A stretch of DNA of 64,000 bases from Octopus sinensis. Lineage: Eukaryota. Within the stretch, counting starts at the first letter, position 1; each line of letters begins with the position of its first letter. Location of the stretch: NCBI RefSeq assembly GCF_006345805.1, contig NC_043000.1, positions 42,656,001-42,720,000 on the forward strand. Reading direction: 5' to 3'. Below are positions 1 to 13,094 of the stretch, piece by piece. Under the pieces are notes generated by a model. The model searched no databases. It was not told the origin of the DNA and saw nothing but the letters and a program-made list of their open reading frames with translations. A program made the translations under genes and the position numbers.

Positions 1-99
1 ATATACATGCTATTTCATAACATTTATTCTCTTCATATTGTCTCACATACAGCAGTATTCAACTTCTTTCCTTAAGCACACACATAGTCCTGATATATA

Positions 100-1727
100 C
101 AGTTGCGGCCAAAATGTTCAGAACGGCATTGTTTTCGTCAGAAAAGTAGGTATAAGTTTTTATCAAAGTTGTTTTATATTCTATAATTTTCCCAAACAAT
201 AAATACGATATGAATTGTTATTGTCTGATATTTTGGTGTAATTTGAGAGGATAATATAAAACGTATGGATGATTTAGTGATTTACTGCAAAACCCATGGC
301 GGCCAAAATGATCAGAACGGTTGAAAGTATAACAAAATAATCAAAAATGACAGAGAATACTGGAATTATTTAATATTTAGTGTGAGGACCTTTAGCTTCA
401 ATCACACTTTGACATCTTCGACTGCATGAGGAAATTAAATTTTCAATTTCTTGCTGGGTAATCTTATTCCATTCTTCCTGAAGGGCATTCCATAATTCCT
501 TGGTTGTTTTAGGATTTCTGTCTTTCGAAGGTTTTCCTAGAATATTCCACACATTTTCAATAGGATTGAGATCTGGGCTTTGAGCAGGTCAATCCATAAC
601 AATAACCTTTTCAGCCTTGAGGAAGTTCATGATCACCTTAGCCTTTTGACATGGGGCATTGTCCTGCATGAATATCGGTGGTCGCTTAGCTGAATTTCTC
701 AGCACAGGTAAGGCATGATCTTTTACAAGTTGTTTATAAACTCCTTCATTTACCTTTCCATGTAATTGCACCAAAGGGCCCCACGCCATCTCTAGATATC
801 ATCCCCCAAACCATGACACTTCCTCCACCGAATTTAACACTAGTCTTAAGGCATTTAGGCGACAACTTTTCACCTACTTTTCGACGAAAGTACCTTTTCC
901 CATCTGAGCCAAATAATATAAACTTAGATTCATCACTGAATTGCACTGTTTGCCATTTTTATTGAGACCATAACACATTTCGGTTGCAAAGGTAAGATGA
1001 CACTTTTTATTCTTGGAGCTGATCAGTGGCTTCACTGCAGGTACTCTTGCTTGTAGGCCATGTTCAACTAAACGACGAGACAGTTTTTCGAGATAAGGTT
1101 TTCTTCAGTACAATGCTCATTTCCAGAGAAACAGCAGCAGCTGTTTTAAATCTGTCCTTTTTAACCAATTTTACCATAGCACGATCTCCTCTCTTGGTCG
1201 TTTTCTTGGCCTACCTGTAGATTTTCTTGCTTCACACGAACCACAATCATCGTAGACCTTAAGAATACCGTGAACAACACTTTTTGACTTGTTAACAATC
1301 GTTGCAATATACCCAATACTTAAATTATCATTCTTTCGAAGCTTAATAATCTGCTGACGAATTGGTAACAGAGTAAGTGGCATTATATTAACAAAGTACA
1401 CTGCAGATATTCTTACTAATGTTTAGTAAACGAACCGTCACGTAAACAAATTCAAACATTAGAGTTCGCCGGTTAAATATACTAAAATACAGAGTAAAAG
1501 CAACCGTTCTGAACATTTTGGAAACCATGGGTTTTGCAGTAAATCACTAAATCATCCATAGCTTTTGTATTATCCTCTCAAATTACACCAAAATCTCAGA
1601 CAATAACAAATAATACCGTATGTATTGTCTGTGAAAATTATAGAATATACAACAACTTTGATAAAAAAACTTAAACCTACTTTTCTGACGAAAACAATGC
1701 CGTTATGAACATTTTTGGCCGCAACTG
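100..1727 (-). mobile_element. Tc1-family DNA transposon with long IR/DR-type TIRs, full length but decayed
   Basis: TIRs 100-323 and 1501-1727 (CAGTTGCGGCCAAAATGTTCAGAACGG...). The left TIR repeats GCGGCCAAAATG(T/A)TCAGAACGG at its outer and inner ends; the right TIR carries a similar inner copy. TA on both sides. Confidence 0.95.
370..1401 (-). pseudogene. Tc1 transposase, disrupted by frameshifts and stops
   Basis: N-terminal HTH region ending GRPRK, then FSDESKF, SVKFGGGSVMVWG, FMQDNAP and (W>*)[14 protein letters not shown]. 34 residues lie between the second D and the E (DD34E). Confidence 0.93.
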
Positions 1728-1819
1728 TATATATCAGGACTTAACTCTTGGATCGATAATGATACGAGTGAGCAGTCTAATGTGGGTCTTGTGTTAGCAA
1801 GACCCACATAACAAAGCCA

Positions 1820-2295
1820 AGGCTGTGAGAAGTTTTCAGAACATTTATAATGAAATAGTCTTACTGCTGTTTCTGAGATATTAAGGATATCCTTTGATCA
1901 GAGACGGTGTGAGCAAATATTTGAGTTCGAATTATTGTAGAAAAGGAAGAGATAGGGAATATAGAGGGAAAGAAGAGAATGAAAGTACAAATAAGATATA
2001 TAAAGATATTGTAGTTGAAGTTCCATTATTCGATGAAAATGATGTATAGAATTGGTAAAAGTTTCCTGTACATGGTATGTAAGTTCCAATAGCAGTTCAT
2101 GTTTAGTCATTTCAAAGTATGGAGTTGTGGAGTCAGCGTTGCTCCAGCGAAAGTGTTTGTGGTGTGAATGAAAATTTGAGAATGTATTGGTAGTATTTGA
2201 GTATAGATGGTGGGACGAGAGATATGTATGATTACGAAGAGGAGATAGGTCAAATTTAAAACAGAAAAGAGGATATGAGGGGAAGAAAGAGAGAA
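1820..2295 (-). mobile_element. Penelope-type pseudo-LTR fragment, family 1 (inverted diverged copy of 5791-6245)
   Basis: Shared blocks with the reverse complement of 5791-6245, e.g. GTTTCCTGTACATGGTATGTAAG and GTGGTGTGAATGAAAATTTGAGAATGTA. Carries a hammerhead-like motif. Confidence 0.7.
1858..1905 (-). ncRNA. Minimal type-I hammerhead ribozyme motif, degenerate (G8C)
   Basis: Minus strand reads gtct CTGATCA aaggatatccttaatatctca GAAAC agca GTA agac. Stem I gtct/agac, stem II gatat/atatc. Confidence 0.65.
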
Positions 2296-3034
2296 AAAAG
2301 AAAAAAGAAAAAGGGAGAGAGAAAAAACAAAGTAAAAAGAGGGAAAATGGGAAGAAAGGGTGAAAAAAGTGAGGAAAGGAGTGTTAGTTGGTGGTCAAGA
2401 TAATGTGATTGGCGGATGGTAGAGGTGTGGGGGAGGAATAGGAAGAGATGAGGAGGTAAGGGGTAAAAGAATGTGATATATATGAGTAGGAGTGATATGA
2501 CAGAGCTGATGGGTGGAGAAAAGGTACAGAAAAGGTATGGGTGGTGTGATATCGATGTGAGTAGTAGTTTGTGTAGTAAAATTTGAAGTGGGGAGAAGAA
2601 CACAAGGATATCAAATTACTATATATAGACGTATATGAGAAGTTAGTAAAAATTACGAATCAGAGAGGCGGAATGAAGGTATAATGACATACGTTCGCAT
2701 GCACTCACATGCAGATATATGTGTGAATATATATAATACTTATATATATACACACACACATATATATAGTCATATACATACGCTTATACATACTCATGCA
2801 TATATACACATGTATGCTCAGGCGCATTCGTAAATGATTTCATACATGTATATATACATGCACATGCACATATGTGGGCGCAGGCGCACACGCATCTACA
2901 GTCACGCGCATAAACAACATACAGGTACTTACGTATACATACATACGCGTATCCACACGGATTCATATATATTTACATATATATATATGCACGTACACAT
3001 ACATACATACACACGCACATATATATATATATGG

Positions 3035-3075
<41 letters not shown>

Positions 3076-3230
3076 AGAAAGTTGGTGTGTGAAAGCACGT
3101 GTTTGGATGTATAAAAAATAGAAAATAGTGAAAAAACTACAGAAGGCTTGTTTTATAAGGTTGAAGAATATATTTAAGTCGTTATGTTAAAAAAATGTTA
3201 GAAAATTTTGTGTATAGAAACATAGTTTTG

Positions 3231-3269
3231 GAGAAATAACCGGTTTCGTGTAAACTCTTCAAATTTCTC
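3231..3269 (-). ncRNA. Minimal type-I hammerhead ribozyme motif in the Penelope 3' pLTR (C3U)
   Basis: gagaaat TTGAAGA gtttacac GAAA ccgg T T atttctc. Perfect 7-bp stem I and palindromic ACCGGT stem III. Confidence 0.75.
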
Positions 3270-3398
3270 AAATTTCTTTACCTACATTGTGTCATGTCTT
3301 TGTTATGTAGTGCAAAAAAGAGTTCCAGGCAGGGGGAGGTAATCAGGGATTTCTTCCGGTATAAGGGAGATAATCGCTATATATTTTTTTTCTTTTTT

Positions 3399-3860
3399 TC
3401 AATGAGATGAGTTTCTCTGTGTAAGAATGTTAGGATGGTTAACTTTAGGCTTATATTTTTCAATGAAGAATGTTTCCTTGTTTAATTTAATTTGTGTTGG
3501 TGTTCCAATGGCACATTGATAGAATGGAAAGATTAAAAGCTGTGGTAATAGTTGCTTTGCGCATTTCCCAATATGCTCACTAAAGGATATCATTCTGCAT
3601 TCTGGGAATGGAATCTGTTGTCGATGCAGAGTGCATCTGCGTCTGAGTGATAATCCCGTGGACCCTACGTAGTTTTGGTGGCAGCCCGAGCATCTTATGA
3701 TATAAATTATGTTTTCAGAAGCACAAGTAAAATTAGATTTGATCTTGAATTTTTGTCTCTCTTTGAAAAGGAAATCTGATCCTTCTAGAGGGTTTGGGCG
3801 TGTTGCGCATTTTGATTTACCACATTTTGTTACTTTTGCATCCGTAATTTCAGAAAACAA
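3399..3860 (-). pseudogene. GIY-YIG endonuclease domain of the Penelope element
   Basis: NIIYIIRCSGCHQNYVGSTGLSLRRRCTLHRQQI fits the GIY-YIG pattern with CxxC, and ends ETFFIEKYKPKVN. Confidence 0.88.
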
Positions 3861-5111
3861 TTTTGCCTTTGTGAGAATCTTTTTTAGTGATTTAGATTGT
3901 TTGTAGCTTTTAATGATTTTATGTATGTTTAGACTTTCCTTTAATTTGGGGTCCTTATTAGTAAATTCTGGCGATGATGGTGAAGGCTTCTTTGTTTCTA
4001 GGGTTGTATGTGGATATGTAAGACAGTAATTTCGGGGAAGGTGTGTTGTTGTGTTGAACTTTTCTCAAAGTTTCTATGTCGATTTCTGTTGTATGTCTGA
4101 TCCCATCCTCTATGAGTTGAACTGGGTAGTGTCTGTCAATTAGGGTGTTTTTGAGTTCTTGTAGTCTACAGTTCCTGGTATTTTGTTCTGATACTATTGT
4201 GCATATCCTTCTTGCCAGGTTAAAAGGGATGTTTTTTTTTGTGTCTTGGGTGGCATGAATCAAAAAGTAGGTATCGTTTGGCGTCTGAGGTTTTGTAGAA
4301 TATGTTTCTATTTTTAGGTTAATTTTTTAAAATCAGTATATCTAAGAATCGAAGCTCCTTTTGGTTGTACTCCATTGTGAACTGTATATTTGGGTGGACG
4401 CTATTCAATAGGTTTTTGAATTTTAGGAGTTTATCTGTGTTTTCATTCCAGGGTATAAAACAGTCGTCCAGGAATCTTTTCCAGTTCTCTTTTATGTATT
4501 GAGAAAGGGGGTTTCCAAAGGTCGATTGAGATTATAACCCATTGTTAGGTTCGCGATGACTTGTGCTGCGCTTGTACCCATAGCAATTCCGGATTTTTTT
4601 ACGGTAAAACGTATTGTCAAACATGAAGTGGTTATTTTGTAGGATGAATTCAACCGATTTAGTAATGAATTCTTTACTGATCCTTTTTGGTATTTCTTCC
4701 GGAAATTGGTCCAGCCAGAACTGTATTGCCTCTAGTCCATAATTATGAGGTATACTGGTATATAAATTAACTACATCAAATGAAACCATGATTGTTTCTT
4801 CCTTGACTTTTTGGGGAAGGTGGTTTAACATATCCAAGTCATCTCTGATATGACTATCGATGCGTTTAAGGAAGAGTTTCAGGAGGATGTCCATAAATAG
4901 ACTTAGTCTGTGTGTTTCACAGGCTGTGCCAGCTACAATGGGTTGTAGTTTTAGGTCCCTTGGGTTAGGTGTGTGTATGTATGTCTGTGGTGATCTTTTA
5001 ATGGTTTCATTTATAATTTGGCTTTTTTGTAATTTTTGGCAGACCATAGAAGATGCTAGGTTTGCATTTAAAGTTTGTTAGAAAGTCAATCTCTTTGGTT
5101 GTCAGTTCCTT

Positions 5112-5791
5112 AAAATGAATATATATATATATATACTAATCAAAAACAAAAGTGAACACATCCCCCACAGATGAAGAAATAAAGATCTTGACGAGTTCTG
5201 CAGCCACATTGAGAACTTTCCCTACCATACTATACATAAACAGACAGTTAACCCAAATGTTAGCACTGCACAATGGAAGGAACTGATAGAACTCCAAAAT
5301 GATGAAGATATAACCATTAAGGAAGCAGACAAAGGAAGTGCAGTTGTAATAATGGACACATTATACTATAGAAATCTAGTAATTTCCTTGCTTGATGACA
5401 ATCAACATTATGAAAAAATCACCAACTACACCCCGCAAAAAATAAGGACGGAGTTTTCATTATTTTTTGCGGGGTGTAGTTGGTGATTTTTTCATAATGT
5501 TGATTGTCATCAAGCAAGGAAATTACTAGATTTCTATAGTATAATGTGTCCATTATTACAACTGCACTTCCTTGTCTGCTTCTTAATGGTTATATCTTCA
5601 TCATTTTGGAGTTCTATCAGTTCCTTCCATTGTGCAGTGCTAACATTTGGGTTAACTGTCTGTTTATGTATAGTATGGTAGGGAAAGTTCTCAATGTGGC
5701 TGCAGAACTCGTCAAGATCTTTATTTCTTCATCTGTGGGGGATGTGTTCACTTTTGTTTTTGATTAGTATATATATATATATATTCATTTT
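5112..5791. repeat. Near-perfect fold-back (inverted duplication), arms 5112-5445 and 5460-5791, 14-nt loop
   Basis: The arms are reverse complements of each other. I saw two 1-nt indels and no substitutions. Loop is GGACGGAGTTTTCA. Confidence 0.95.
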
Positions 5792-6245
5792 TTTCTCTCA
5801 CTCCCCTCATTTTCTCTTCTTGTTTTAAAGTTGGCCTATCTCCTCTTTCTAATCATACACATCTCTCCTGCCCACCCCATCTATCCACAAATATTAATAT
5901 TACATTCTCAAATTTTCATTCACACCACATAACCCTTTCTAACCAATGAACTGCTATTGGTACTTACATACCATGTACAGGAAACTTTTTTACCATTCTG
6001 TACACCATTTTCCTCGATATTTTTATATATCTTTATATATCTTATATATCTTATTTCTACTTTCATTCTCTTATTTCCCATTATATTCCCGGTCTCTTCC
6101 TTTTCCACAATAATTCCAACTCAAATATTTTCTCACACCGTCTCTAATGAAGGGACGTCCAAAATATCCCGGGAACAGCTGTAAGACTATTTCATTATAA
6201 ATGTCTTGAAAACCCCTAACAGCCTGGGGTTTCTTATCTCATTCT
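5791..6245 (+). mobile_element. Penelope-type pseudo-LTR fragment, family 1
   Basis: Inverted homolog of 1820-2295, similar to 40200-40620, and carries a hammerhead-like motif. Confidence 0.7.
6140..6187 (+). ncRNA. Minimal hammerhead ribozyme motif, degenerate (G5A, A13G)
   Basis: gtct CTAATGA agggacgtccaaaatatcccg GGAAC agct GTA agac, with palindromic ACAGCTGT stem III. Confidence 0.6.
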
Positions 6246-6255
6246 GTATAATACC

Positions 6256-6412
6256 TCCCTACCTACCTACCTACCTACCTACCTACCTACCTACCTACCT
6301 ACCTACCTACCGACCTACCTACCTACCTACCTACATACATACATACATACATACATACATACATAAGTACATACATAAGTACATACGTGCATATATATAT
6401 ATATATATATAT
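6256..6412. repeat. Compound (CCTA)n/(CATA)n/(TA)n microsatellite
   Basis: Directly visible. Confidence 0.95.
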
Positions 6413-6419
6413 ACCAACG

Positions 6420-6561
6420 ATGAACTCTTTCTCTTTTCGCCACCAAATCCACTAATAAGTCTTTGGTAGGCCCAGGTCTATAGTAGAAGACACTTGTCAC
6501 GCAGAGGGACTGAACCATATAGTTGGGAGGCAAACTTCTTACTACACAATAATGCCTGCGC
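6420..6561 (-). mobile_element. tRNA-derived SINE (octopus-type GGCGCAGG... family), decayed
   Basis: Reverse complement resembles the copy at 29672 (GCGCAGG...TTTGCCTCCCAAC...GGTTCAGTCCC...CTTCTACTATAG...GTGGATTTGG). Confidence 0.75.
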
Positions 6562-7344
6562 TTATCGTATTCATCAATTCACGAAAAGTACATCATAGGC
6601 TGGATCATAGGAAACACAAGTTCAGACGCCCGCGCGCAATCACACACGCACACATACATACACATACACACACACAAACTGACAGATTACATGCATACAT
6701 AGCATCTCTATAATTACTGCAGATGTCTAGTCACAAATTTCAGTAATCATCCAAGTTGTAAATCATTCCCCTTTTTTTCCGAATGCGATTATATCTTATA
6801 ATGACATGTTGAAAATGATGAGACGGATGGAAGCTTTTATTACTGTTTCAAGCAGTTTGAATGATTCAGTGAAGTCAAATTCCTTTTCACTATGTAAGAA
6901 CGTAATTTCTATGTTGCTTCTAGCATGTCAAGTGATCACATAAGTCATGCCTTATTAACCGGACCATATAATGGCAGATAACGAAGATAGAGGGTAAGAT
7001 AGTTTGTATTAACGTGGATAATTACTATAAACGTTAGCTTCAAAGTTCGGGCGTCATTTTTACAATAAACCATGACACAGATACTTGCAGACAAAGATGA
7101 TGAGAACAGAATTGAAATACAAAACGAGCATGCACATTCACATTGCTTTATGTGTTATTTTATCTGTGTACAAAGAGAGTAAATCACTGTCGTTGATTCT
7201 TCTTAGTATTTAGCAATTTTATTTCCACGCTTACAGAGTGCACACTCCCGTCCGTTCATCCATCAAACCATGTATGCATATCTGTCTGCATTATGTATAT
7301 ATGCATGTCTGTCTGTCTATTTTTTTATCTCTCTCTCTCTCCCT

Positions 7345-8490
<1,146 letters not shown>

Positions 8491-8897
8491 ACACGGGACT
8501 GATCAGATGCCAACACTGCTGCTAAAACTATGACAAACATATACACACACATGCACATACACTTACACATGCACACACAAACTAGGACACAAAGCATGCG
8601 CATTTAAGGATACACATCTTAGAACAACAGAATGGAGTAAGTGGAGCAAGAAAACACACGAAAGCGTAAAGTGTCGTTGAAGAGATCACAAGCGTGTGAC
8701 GAAAGATTTCCGGACATGAGTTAAACTAATAAAATAAGAACAGTAATGAACGATCGAAGAAAAGAAATATAGTGCGTGTGTCTATTTGGCAAAAACTCCC
8801 AAAACAAAAAAAATGAATTGATCATCCTGAAATACCACAATATCTGTTTTAACAGACGATTTCACACCAGATGTCTAGCAAAACGAATTGATGAATG

Positions 8898-8939
<42 letters not shown>

Positions 8940-8989
8940 ATATATATATATATTATATATATATATATTATATATATAATATACATTCA

Positions 8990-9035
<46 letters not shown>

Positions 9036-9084
9036 GTGTGTGTATGTGTGTGTATGTATATATATATATATTGTATGTATGTAT

Positions 9085-9371
9085 GAATATTCATTCTTCA
9101 TTACTCTCACCAAGTCAGTTATCAGAATGTTGAACTTGGCGTTGTCCACAATCGGTCCATTCTTCTGAACAAGGTGCATAGAGGGCATGGGTTTGGCATA
9201 ACGAGAGTGAAGGATCTGGACCTTACTGTTCCTCGTTTCTAGCCAGAGTTCAGAGTCTAAAACATGTAATGTATAGTTATGGTGCTTGCTAGGGTAGTCT
9301 ACCTTTCTTTCTATACTCTGGTGGATGGAGTTAGTGATGTGGGCGTGACCCGCAACCACAAAACCGTACAT
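9085..9371 (-). pseudogene. Penelope-like RT C-terminal (thumb) fragment
   Basis: VDYPSKHHNYTLHVLDSELW...YAKPMPS...KFNILITDLVRVMKN resembles the post-RT xPxLD/YxKP region of PLEs. Recognised by pattern only. Confidence 0.45.
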
Positions 9372-9427
9372 ATATTAAAGATTGCTTACCAATTCCATTT
9401 AAAATGTCTTGTAATTACTACATATAT

Positions 9428-9704
9428 ACGGTGAGGAGTGTTCCGTTGATCCGAGCAACGGAAAATTCTGCTCGTGAGAATAACGTGCAACGTTTGAGCA
9501 TTCCAAAGACACGGATACCCTTAACGTAATTCTCATACGATTCAGTGCGACAAATCTGGCTGTTTCGAACTACATGTACTACTTGTTTTCGCAAGCTGAG
9601 TGGACTGGAGCAATGTGAAATGAAGAGTCTTGCTTAAGGACATAATGCACCGCCGGGAATCGAACTCATGAACGTAATATCGTGAACTATGTATCCTAAT
9701 CACT
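9428..9704 (-). mobile_element. tRNA-head SINE, decayed
   Basis: Minus strand has the B-box-like GAGTTCGATTCCCGG. The body (GAGTGGACTGGAGCAATGTGAAATGAAG...CTTGCT) is shared with 47880-48350. Confidence 0.7.
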
Positions 9705-10797
9705 GTGTGCATGTGTGTTTGTGTGTGTGTGTGTGGTGTGTGTGTGTGTTGTGTGTGTGTGTTGTGTGTGTGTGTGTGTGTGTGTGTATGGTATCCGTCC
9801 ACACATTTTAAGGCATGTAGATTCTGATACACAAAGCTTTTACAATAGACGCGATGGCCACGGTAAGAAAATGTCTCATAAAATATAAATTACTTCACAT
9901 CTAGCCTAAACAACAACAACAACACCTACAAAAACAAAACAGCAACAACAACTATAGCAACAAAAGTAGCAGCAGCAACGACATCAACAGCAGTTGTAAG
10001 AACAATCACTAAACACTGATTTACGTATGTAAAAACAGATTGATATTAAGATCAAAGTGAAACTGATTTCTTAGTGACATCACACGTGCTGTCCATTTCC
10101 CTGCTCTTTAATGAGTACAGTTTAGTATAAATGAAAGCGATTAAAATAAAGAATGGAGCCATCATGATTCATTAAAAGAAATGACAATCATTATTATAGA
10201 ATTAATATAATTAAACGTCAAATTGTTTCTATGAAACCAATTTTTCAAAAATTCACTTCATCGCGAAAAGTACACAAGATTTTGAAGCCAAATCTTTTTC
10301 TCGTTTTTATTTTGTTATGGATATTAATTTTTTCTTTTAGATTTTTCCATACGCTATCTGTTTTTTATTTGACGTAGAATAAAAACATTGTTGTGTATAC
10401 AATAGGGTGGCCAAAGCTATTGTCACGCCGGTTGTCAGATGCATAATTATATAGACATAAATGTATGAATACAGACTGCATGATTAACGCAAGAAATACG
10501 AATGAAAAAAAAAAATTCATAACTATCCACCTAAGAAAATCCTTTTTATCTTCTTTGATTTAAAAGAAGGAAAAGCAATAGCACTATCTCTTCTGTGCTA
10601 TTCTCCATCCTTCTATTCTGCGTCTTTGATAGTTGTACGTTATTCGTAACCTATTTTTTTTCCTTAAGCCATAATGCATATCAAAAGGTGGCAGGTAAAT
10701 ATATGTAAGAATTGGATAATGAAATAAATCTTTTTTTCTTTAATAAATGACAAGACAGGTTAACGTTATTTTTAGACATACGCTGCGACAGTAACCG

Positions 10798-10849
<52 letters not shown>

Positions 10850-10899
10850 GTATGTGTGTGTGCCTGTGTGTTCCTGTGTATATATATATATATAGATAC

Positions 10900-10934
<35 letters not shown>

Positions 10935-10936
10935 TA

Positions 10937-11815
10937 CAGGGTACGGTGAATAAGATGTTGTTTAAACTACGCTAAATTGAAAATAACACTGTCATCTCAT
11001 TTTAACAGACATATTTGCCAAAATTACATCAAAATATCTTGAAATAAGAAAGAGTAAATTTATTCAGTAAGAATCGCTATTGCTTCCACTACGGCCTCCA
11101 ATCGACTTCGAAACATCCTGCAGCTCTTCTGGACAGGCTCCTTGTTTAAGTTAGTGAATGCTGCCGCAATCCTTACCTTCAGTTCATCTATGATGTTACA
11201 AGGAAATCTAAAGGTCTCTCGCTCAAATGCGCCTCATACATAATGATCAAGTGTTTTGCAGTCTAGGAGGTTAGATGGCCAGATATTAGGGGTGATGTGG
11301 TCGCAGATATTATCTGACAGCCATAACTGGGTTCTTCTGCTTGCGTTGCATGGTGCAGAGTCCTGTTGCCAGACATAGCGTCTTCCAGCAGACACTCTCT
11401 TCACCCAGCGCAGCACTACCTCATCTAGGTACTTGATTGGGGCCTCCGTGTAGAGACTGAGGTCGTTTGGGAGGATGAATGGAGTCATAACGTCGTCTTT
11501 ACTAATGATCACTCTAAGTACCATGATGTTGACAGGATGTTTGATTTTTATCACTTTTGGTATATGTCCTCAAATTTCACTGCCCTTAAATTGACACTCA
11601 AACACTAAGAAATTTTCGTATTGAGGGTTCCGGTGCAAATGCCAAGCTGTACAGCAAGTCGTTTTCAAATTTCTGGCAGAGTGAATTGCATCATGGTGAT
11701 GTTTTTCTCACAGACGGTGACCAACTGACCCTACTTTACTGTGCAGTTGGCGAGACGAAAAACAAGCAATGCACATGCGGGAAATTAAAAATATAAAATG
11801 GCGACAATTTACCCA
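10937..11815 (-). mobile_element. maT/DD37D Tc1-mariner transposon remnant
   Basis: ORF 11234-11554 has YVWQQDSAPC...WPSNLLDCKTLDHYV with 37 residues between the last two Asp. Left end is TA-CAGGGTACGGTG; the right TIR is truncated at (TG)n. Confidence 0.85.
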
Positions 11816-11904
11816 TTTGTGTGTGCGTGTGTGTGTGTGTGCATGTGTGTGTGTGTGTATGTGTGTGCATGCGTGTGTGTGTGTGTGTATGTGTGTGTGT
11901 GTGT

Positions 11905-12360
11905 GTGTGTGTAAGTGATCGTCACATTGAATGACAGAGAAAGTTGTCGTGGTGATACCTGCTCAGAAACCTACGCAAGTTTGCAGAAAGTGTATGGAGA
12001 CGTGTGTACGAGCCGCACACGAGTGTACAAGTGATTCAGACGTTTCCAAGATGGCCGAAAAAAAGTCGATATTGACGAACGTTATGGGAGAACCGCAACC
12101 AGCAGAACTGAGAAAAACATTGCAGATTGCGTGCAGCTGTGTGGGAAAATCGTCGAATCACCATCCGTGTGTTATCAGAAGATGTGCAGATTAGTTACAG
12201 TTCAGTTCAGTTCATTATCATTGAAGATTTGGGTATGAGATGCGTGTCTGCCAAGTTTGTGCCAAAACTGCGTTCAGCTGACGAAAGAGACACTCCGGTT
12301 TCAGTTGCACAAGATCTTGATTGTGTCCAGAACGATGAAAAGTTTTTTTTTAAAATTTTG
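11905..12360 (+). pseudogene. mariner transposase N-terminal fragment
   Basis: Across frames: KVYGDVCTSRTRVYK*FRRFQDGR...DERYGR, then EDLGMRCVSAKFVPKL (WVPxxL-type linker). Confidence 0.8.
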
Positions 12361-12877
12361 CGTATACCTCAGTGCACGTATCGCCAAGTTTTTGTCAAAA
12401 TTTCATGCAGATTATCAGCTCAAGTTTCTCTGTCATGATCAATACAACGATCACACGCTACACACTTTCCTGCCAAGCACTGCTGTAAATAGCGTAGGTG
12501 ATCTAGAACGTTAATAATTGGTGCACATGCACAGCAGATTTTAAGGTCAATATGTATCAAGTGGAATTATTCTACGTACTTTAGCTTCGTTGCTATGGTA
12601 ACAATCCGGATACTTACTGATCAGACCGCGTATATATACATACATGTGTGTGCATGTGTGTGTGTGTGTGCGGCTGTAATAACTTTTACACACACACAAA
12701 CTCTCTCCACCCCTCTCTCTCTCTCTCTCTCACACACACCCATGCTTACAGTCACTTATATATATTTCGCCAACGGGATTTATACAAATATGCATTTGTC
12801 TTTCATCTATTCAGTGCTGATGAAGAAATGAATGTTGGTAATTATTACGGTGTTGCACTCTATTATGCCAAATAAAT

Positions 12878-13094
12878 CGCTACCCTAGTATGGTGGCCAT
12901 TACCGTTGGCGATTTTTTCCCTCTATCTTCCTTTCTCTGGATCTTTCCTTCTCCTATGTTTCCGACGAAGAGCTCCGCTCGAAACGTTAAACCCTCCTTC
13001 TTTCCTTCTTTCCTTCTTTCCTGAGCGTCCAATAATACTATATTTGTTCCATGTCCTCGCGTTGTTGTGTTTTTCTGTGCTTTCTTGTTTGGAT

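Larger units (their letters stand above)
3075..5791 (-). mobile_element. Penelope-like retroelement, 5'-truncated, with RT, GIY-YIG endonuclease and 3' pLTR
   Basis: Minus-strand motifs IKEADKGSAVVIMD, FYGLPK, VSFDVVNLYTSIPH, GIAMGT, RFLDDCF (FLDD at 4463-4474) and IPFNLARRICTIVS, followed by the endonuclease. (TA)n runs at both ends. Confidence 0.92.

Noticed and set aside
5446-5459. Fold-back loop as a leftover sequencing adapter
   Set aside because: The loop continues the RT reading frame (IMKTPS) and does not resemble an adapter I know. An artifact is still not excluded without reads.
6800-6900. Short open frames with splice-like ends on both strands
   Set aside because: No recognisable peptide, and the two strands give mutually competing interpretations.
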